From assembly GCA_036229005.1 (NCBI GenBank), contig JAZAMN010000013.1, positions 1 to 49,853 on the forward strand: a stretch of DNA of 49,853 nt, read 5' to 3'. The translations under genes were made by a program, and so were the position numbers. The notes under the pieces were generated by a model. It saw only the letters and a program-made list of their open reading frames with translations, was not told the DNA's origin and searched no databases. The first letter of the stretch is position 1. The number at the start of each line of letters is the position of its first letter. Positions 45,155 through 49,853 of the stretch are shown piece after piece. This DNA comes from Myxococcota bacterium (GTDB lineage Bacteria; Myxococcota_A; UBA796; CAJQPC01).

Positions 45155-45555
45155 AGTTCGCCGACCTCACCGCGCGAGGTCGGTCGGTGCTGCGCATGGT
45201 CCTGGGCAGCCTGATCGCCGCCGGCATCGTGCTGGTGGGGCTGCAGATCGTGGCGCTGCTGCTGGACGACCCCCAGGCCGTGGACCCCGACGCGCCGCCC
45301 CCCGGTGGGGTGGTGGAGCTCTCGGCCAACGAGGCGGTGCGCGTGCACGTGCACGTGGACGGCCAGGAGGTCTTCAACGAGGTGCTGTGTCGGGGAGATG
45401 TCTCCTGCAAGCAGAGCTTCGGGCCAGCCAGGGAGATCGCGGTGGACCTGCCCGATCTGAACCGCGCCACCGTGCGTTACAACGGCAGGCGTGTGAAGCC
45501 GCTGGGGACCCTGGACGAACCCAGGACCCTGGTCTTTGTAGACGACACCCCCTGA
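45151..45555 (+). CDS. single-TM protein with RodZ C-terminal (DUF4115)-like domain
   Basis: GTGA coupling, TM helix, then V..VDG..F...L..G..F..(Y)NG....LG. Sits where rodZ usually follows pilF. Confidence 0.55.
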   Translation: MKFADLTARGRSVLRMVLGSLIAAGIVLVGLQIVALLLDDPQAVDPDAPPPGGVVELSANEAVRVHVHVDGQEVFNEVLCRGDVSCKQSFGPAREIAVDLPDLNRATVRYNGRRVKPLGTLDEPRTLVFVDDTP

Positions 45556-45579
45556 GAGTCGCCCTCCACAGGAGCCCCC

Positions 45580-46932
45580 ATGGCTGAGAACCCCGTCCAG
45601 GCCCGGGTGGGTGCGCTCCGTCGCCTGGCTCGCCGCCGGGCAGCGGGGCCCCTTGAGCGGGCGCTGCAGAAGTCCAACTCCGAGACCATCAGCCGCGCCG
45701 TCACGCACCTCACTTGGGCCGACACGCGCTTCATCATGGAGTTCGTCTCCGATGACCAGGGCGGTGAGGTCCTGTTGTCCATGGACGACGATCGCTTCGA
45801 GCACATCCTGGAGAGCCTGGAGACCGACAAGGTCATGGGCTGGATGGACTACCTGGAGCCGGATGACGCCGCCGACCTCATCGCGCGCTTCCCCCCCGAG
45901 CTCCAGTCGCAGGCCCTGCAGCAGATGGAGGCAGAGGATCGGGAGGACGTCGAGGATCTGCTGGCCTACCCCGAGGACACCGCGGGCGGCATCATGTCTC
46001 CGGTGGCCTTCCTGCTCAACGAGGACACCACCTGCCGCGAGGCCATCGAGGCGCTGCAGGAGCAGGGCGACGTCGAGATGGTGTTCTACCTCTACCTGGT
46101 CAACGAGTCGGACCAGCTCACGGGGGTCACCTCGCTGCGGCAGCTCCTGCTGAACCCGCCCAGCAAGCCCCTCAAGGAGCTCGCGAACCCCGACGTCATC
46201 ACCGTGACCCCGGACACCGACCAGGAGGAGGTCGCGCGCATGGCGGCCCACTACGACCTGCTCGCCGTCCCGGTCTGTGACGACACCCGCAAGTTCCTGG
46301 GCATCGTCACCATCGACGACGTGCTGGACGTCGTCCAGGAGGAGGCCGCCGAGGACATGATGAAGATGGCGGGCGTTGGCGAGGCCTATGACCCCCAGGG
46401 GCGCAGCGTGCTCAAGGCGGCCCAGCAGCGGCTGACCTGGCTGCTCGTCACGGCGGTGGGTGGCCTGGGGCTGGCCCGCGTCATCATGGGCTTCGAGGAG
46501 TCGCTGGCCCAGGAGGCCGTGCTCGCTGGCTTCATCCCTGTGATCATGGGGCTGGGCGGCGGCGTCGGCATCCAGGGGGCCACCATCACGGTCGCCTCGC
46601 TGGCGACCGGCCAGATGTCCATGACCGAGAACCTGGGCAAGCTCGTGTTCCGCGAGGCCCGGGTGGGCGTGCTCATGGGGCTGGTGCTCTCGCTCGTGCT
46701 GCTGGGCGGCGGCTGGCTGCTGGGCGGTCAGATCGTCGGCATCGCGGTCGGCGTCAGCATCCTCTGTGTTGTCCTCGCGTCGGCCCTGATCGGCATGTTG
46801 ATCCCGGTGGCCCTCAAGCGGGTGGGGGTGGACCCTGCCGTTGCGACCGGCCCCTTCGTCACCCTCACCATCGACACCATCGCCATCCTCCTCTACTTCT
46901 CCATCGCGACGATGCTGCTGCGGGTGATGTGA
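45580..46932 (+). CDS. mgtE: magnesium transporter MgtE
   Basis: PDDAAD, YPEDTAGGIM, CBS pair, GIVTIDD, DPAVATGPFVT..D. Confidence 0.93.
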   Translation: MAENPVQARVGALRRLARRRAAGPLERALQKSNSETISRAVTHLTWADTRFIMEFVSDDQGGEVLLSMDDDRFEHILESLETDKVMGWMDYLEPDDAADLIARFPPELQSQALQQMEAEDREDVEDLLAYPEDTAGGIMSPVAFLLNEDTTCREAIEALQEQGDVEMVFYLYLVNESDQLTGVTSLRQLLLNPPSKPLKELANPDVITVTPDTDQEEVARMAAHYDLLAVPVCDDTRKFLGIVTIDDVLDVVQEEAAEDMMKMAGVGEAYDPQGRSVLKAAQQRLTWLLVTAVGGLGLARVIMGFEESLAQEAVLAGFIPVIMGLGGGVGIQGATITVASLATGQMSMTENLGKLVFREARVGVLMGLVLSLVLLGGGWLLGGQIVGIAVGVSILCVVLASALIGMLIPVALKRVGVDPAVATGPFVTLTIDTIAILLYFSIATMLLRVM

Positions 46933-47693
46933 GCCGCGGGCGCGCTCCGGCCGGCCCCGTGGACATCCAGCGCGCCATCGTGCTGGGCCACACCGACTAT
47001 GGGGACGCCGACCGCATCGTGCAGCTCATCACGGCGGAGCAGGGGCGCATCGCGGCGCTGGCCAAGGGGGCCCGCCGCAAGAACAAGCGCTTCACGGGGG
47101 CGCTGGAGACCGGCAACTGTGTTGAGGCGACCTTGAGGAGAGGGGGAGGGGATCTTCAGCGCCTGCAGGGGGCCGAGCTGGTCCACGGCCACCCCCACCT
47201 GCGGGAGCACCTGGAGAGCATCGCCCTGGCCGCCCTGCTCTGCGAGTGGGTGCGGGAGCTCGGCCGGCGGGACCAACCCGAGCCCAAGCTCTTTGGCCTG
47301 CTGGAGGTCGCGCTGCTGGTCCTGGACGCCTGCACCGAGCCCCCCCAGGCCGCATTCCGCATGGCCTTCGAGGCCAAGGTGCTCAGCTTCGCAGGGTTGA
47401 CGCCGGCTCTCGCGTGCTGTGCCTGCTGCGGTCAGGCCCTGGATGGGGCCGTCGGGTGGAGCCCCTCGTCTGGCGGAGCGGTCCACGAGCACTGCGCCAG
47501 CGGCGAGCCCATCTCCGTGTCCTGGGCCCACGAGCTGGAGGCGCTGCGGCGAACGCCCTTGGCCGAACTGGTCGACACCCCGGCGCCTCAGGGCGGGAGT
47601 CCGTGGGCGCTGTGTCAGCTCTTCACCTGGCACCACCACGGCAAGCCGCTGCGGTCGGTCTCCCTGCTCCAGTCCCTGCACTCAATGGGATAG
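46929..47693 (+). CDS. recO: DNA repair protein RecO
   Basis: AIVL...YGDADRIV..T...G...A.AKGAR and Zn-finger C..CG..C. Confidence 0.9.
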   Translation: MSRGRAPAGPVDIQRAIVLGHTDYGDADRIVQLITAEQGRIAALAKGARRKNKRFTGALETGNCVEATLRRGGGDLQRLQGAELVHGHPHLREHLESIALAALLCEWVRELGRRDQPEPKLFGLLEVALLVLDACTEPPQAAFRMAFEAKVLSFAGLTPALACCACCGQALDGAVGWSPSSGGAVHEHCASGEPISVSWAHELEALRRTPLAELVDTPAPQGGSPWALCQLFTWHHHGKPLRSVSLLQSLHSMG

Positions 47694-47702
47694 GGTGGGG
47701 GC

Positions 47703-48389
47703 ATGTTCTGGCTCCTGCTCGCTTGCGCCTCCGCGACCACCGATGACGGCCTGGTCTCCCTCTCCGGGAACCTCTACAGCGCGCCCGTTGGCGACCCGGA
47801 GCTGCTCAGCGGGGCCACCCTGACGCCCTACAGCAGCAGCCTGGATCCCTACGACGCCGCCAAGGAGTCCAGCGCGGGCAACTACAGCTTCCGCGTGGCC
47901 CCCGAGGCCCTCTACTTCCTGCACGTCCAGGCGGACGGCGCCATCCCCAGCCTCTGGCAGTCCCAGGCGCCGGAGCTGGGCGGCCTGCTCTTCCCGGTCT
48001 ACGCCTTCTCCGAGGACGCGGTCCTGCCCTTCTTCGAGGAGCTCGAGGCGGAGCTCGGGGAGATCGACACCGAGAGCGGCGAGTCCGTCCAGCTCTGGGG
48101 CACCACCCGGCAGGCCATGACGGGGGAGGGGGCCACCATCTACCTGGATCAGATCGAGGTCTCCCAGGCGGGTCGGCAGCGGGCGGTGGTTGGGTATCAC
48201 CTGGAGGACGGCGAGCTCGTGCGGTCCACCTCCGGGGATCCCGTCGACTGGTTCTTCTCGCTGAACCTGCAGCCCGGCGAGGTCACCCTGTCGCTGATCC
48301 ACCCCTACGACCCCACCATCGTCGACGACAGCGTGTTCTTCCCCCAGGGCGGGGAGATCGTGTCGGCCTTCTACACCCAGGGCTTCTGA
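47703..48389 (+). CDS. hypothetical acidic lipoprotein
   Basis: MFWLLLAC, beta-rich composition. Confidence 0.65.
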   Translation: MFWLLLACASATTDDGLVSLSGNLYSAPVGDPELLSGATLTPYSSSLDPYDAAKESSAGNYSFRVAPEALYFLHVQADGAIPSLWQSQAPELGGLLFPVYAFSEDAVLPFFEELEAELGEIDTESGESVQLWGTTRQAMTGEGATIYLDQIEVSQAGRQRAVVGYHLEDGELVRSTSGDPVDWFFSLNLQPGEVTLSLIHPYDPTIVDDSVFFPQGGEIVSAFYTQGF

Positions 48390-49114
48390 TGCTGCCTCTG
48401 CTCCCGCTCCTGTCTGCGCTCAGCCTGTCCTCGCTTGGGGGCTGCGTCTATGAGCCGACTCTGATCACCCTCACGGGCCGGGTGGTGGACGCCCCCAGTG
48501 AGGACGCCGATGGCATCTCCTCAGCCGCCGTTGAGAGCCTGGACTACAGCTTCGCGCCCGTGGACTCGGACGAGACGGACGGCCGGGGCTCCTTCCAGGT
48601 GCAGGTGTACGCCAACAACAACATGTACTTCGAGGTCTCGGCCCAGGGCTACGGGACCACGGGCTTTGCGGGCTTCGCCCCCGGGCTGGACACGGCCATC
48701 GACGACGGGCTGGTCTGGATGCAGTCCGAGGAGACCCTGGCGGAGCTGGACAACAGCTTTGGCGACTGTGCCCAGCAGGGCGGCGCGCTGATCGAGGGGG
48801 TGATCCGGCTGGGCGTCCAGGGCTACAGCCCCGAGGAGGGGGACTGGCCCCTGTCCACCACTGGGTTCGCGACGGCCTATGACTCGGCCGGCAACAGCTA
48901 CCCGGCCTGCTACCTGTCGGACGTGGGGGCCTATGACCCGGAGGCCGTCGAGACCGGGAACAGTGGCCGCTTCGCCATCTACGGCGCGCCCACCGGTCCG
49001 GTGACCCTGCAGGCGGGGTACCGGGTCGAGGACTCCGAGGTCGTCCAGGACTTCTACCTGTACGTCCCCGAAGACGGCGTGGTGTCGCTGTACTCTGTGG
49101 TCCTGTACCTGTAG
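48389..49114 (+). CDS. lipoprotein with carboxypeptidase-regulatory-like beta-sandwich
   Basis: LGGC lipobox, TGRVVD..TDGRGSF..VSAQGY. TGATG coupling to the upstream gene. Confidence 0.65.
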   Translation: MLPLLPLLSALSLSSLGGCVYEPTLITLTGRVVDAPSEDADGISSAAVESLDYSFAPVDSDETDGRGSFQVQVYANNNMYFEVSAQGYGTTGFAGFAPGLDTAIDDGLVWMQSEETLAELDNSFGDCAQQGGALIEGVIRLGVQGYSPEEGDWPLSTTGFATAYDSAGNSYPACYLSDVGAYDPEAVETGNSGRFAIYGAPTGPVTLQAGYRVEDSEVVQDFYLYVPEDGVVSLYSVVLYL

Positions 49115-49120
49115 GCACCC

Positions 49121-49411
49121 ATGGCCGCCGCGCGCATCACCAAGCCCGACATCAACCCGCTGACCCCCACCATCGTGAACGTCGTGACCCTGGGCGGCGG
49201 CGGCTACCTGCTGATGGGCCAGAACAAGAAGGCCGCGCTGGCCTGGGCGGTGACCTGGATCGGCGGCATCATGACCTGCGGGCTGGGCTTCGCGTTCGCT
49301 TTCATCGCCGCCTACGACGCCTTCAAGCTCTGTCAACGCCTGGAGGCGGGGGAGAGCATCGGGGCGGAGGAGAACCACTTTGGTTGGTTGGACGAGGTGT
49401 ATCGGTGGTAG
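49121..49411 (+). CDS. small membrane protein (TM2-like)
   Basis: GGGYLLMGQNKKA..TCGLG..YDA pattern. Confidence 0.6.
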   Translation: MAAARITKPDINPLTPTIVNVVTLGGGGYLLMGQNKKAALAWAVTWIGGIMTCGLGFAFAFIAAYDAFKLCQRLEAGESIGAEENHFGWLDEVYRW

Positions 49412-49420
49412 CGGGGGCGG

Positions 49421-49492
49421 GGTGTCAGGGGGCGGGTATCAGGTATCAGAGGTCAGGTATCAGGTATCAGGTATCAGAGGTCGGGTGTCGGG
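49421..49492 (+). repeat. heptamer tract (GGTATCA) after stop codon
   Basis: gggtatcaggtatcagaggtcaggtatcaggtatcaggtatcagaggtcgggtgtcggg. Confidence 0.85.
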
Positions 49493-49596
49493 CCTCAAGG
49501 GGGCGCAGCGACGGGCATGACGCCGCCGCTCCTCGGAGCCAGGCGTGCCGACGTGGGCCGCACGCATTGCCGCCCCCTTCCCCGAGGCGCCCACCT

Positions 49597-49722
49597 CCAT
49601 GTCGGCTGCCACCACCGCCTGAACCCGGGAACCACGCCATCGCCGGTCCCCAGTCGCTGGTCTCCGGCCGCCCCCCATGTCGGCTGCCACCACCGCCTGA
49701 ACCCGGAAACCACGCCATCGCC
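49597..49722. repeat. 48-bp direct repeat x2 with 30-bp spacer
   Basis: 49597-49644 and 49675-49722, one mismatch. Confidence 0.85.
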
Positions 49723-49853
49723 TATGACTGTTTGGGTGGTTTTCCACCTGCACGCACAGCACCCCATCACCTACAAGTCGCCCGCCCCGTTGAGGGCTAG
49801 GACCGGACCCGGGATGGGGTGCTGCTGTGGGCAAGAGGGCCTTAGTGATGCCT

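Noticed and set aside
49597..49722. CRISPR array call
   Set aside because: Only two repeats, repeat-like spacer, no leader or cas genes in the window. Kept only as a repeat.
1..49853. rRNA, tRNA, transposase, integrase, phage or defence genes
   Set aside because: None recognised by eye. A covariance-model and HMM scan would be needed to exclude small RNAs or remote homologues.

Overview
Very GC-rich bacterial chromosomal window with about 50 tightly packed genes. A MYXO-CTERM-type sorting signal, a Tgl/PilF-type pilotin, an AgmX/TonB-C-like protein and many short-signal lipoproteins suggest a Myxococcota-like organism (inference). The right third is housekeeping: minCDE, grxC, rlmI-like, rne/rng, DUF502, recD2, rlmN, mtnP, tgl/pilF, mgtE, recO. 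The left two thirds hold envelope, signalling and redox genes: HDOD/degenerate GGDEF, Flp pilin, ALDH7, two OmpA proteins, a TSP3/MYXO-CTERM protein, rhodanese, a diguanylate cyclase, a degenerate UvrA paralogue, GrxD, PrsW, LysM, MATE, CPBP, agmatinase, SGNH, LysR and a dihaem cytochrome. I saw no rRNA, tRNA, transposase, integrase, cas gene or convincing CRISPR array. The most unusual signals are non-coding. (1) A ~260-bp symmetric element at 20041-20300 has three 24-bp repeats at an exact 31-bp period facing three inverted copies at the same period. (2) GGTATC(A/G)-type heptamer tracts sit G-rich-strand-first directly after stop codons at six sites, often beside other composite repeats. (3) There is a 16-bp-period array, a 261-bp-offset gene-end duplication and a 48-bp direct repeat. 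Notable protein-level observations are a rearranged TraAB-like pair, a UvrA paralogue whose motif losses cluster in one ATPase site, and a complete MinCDE in a myxobacteria-like genome. All protein calls come from motif recognition by eye, not from database searches.
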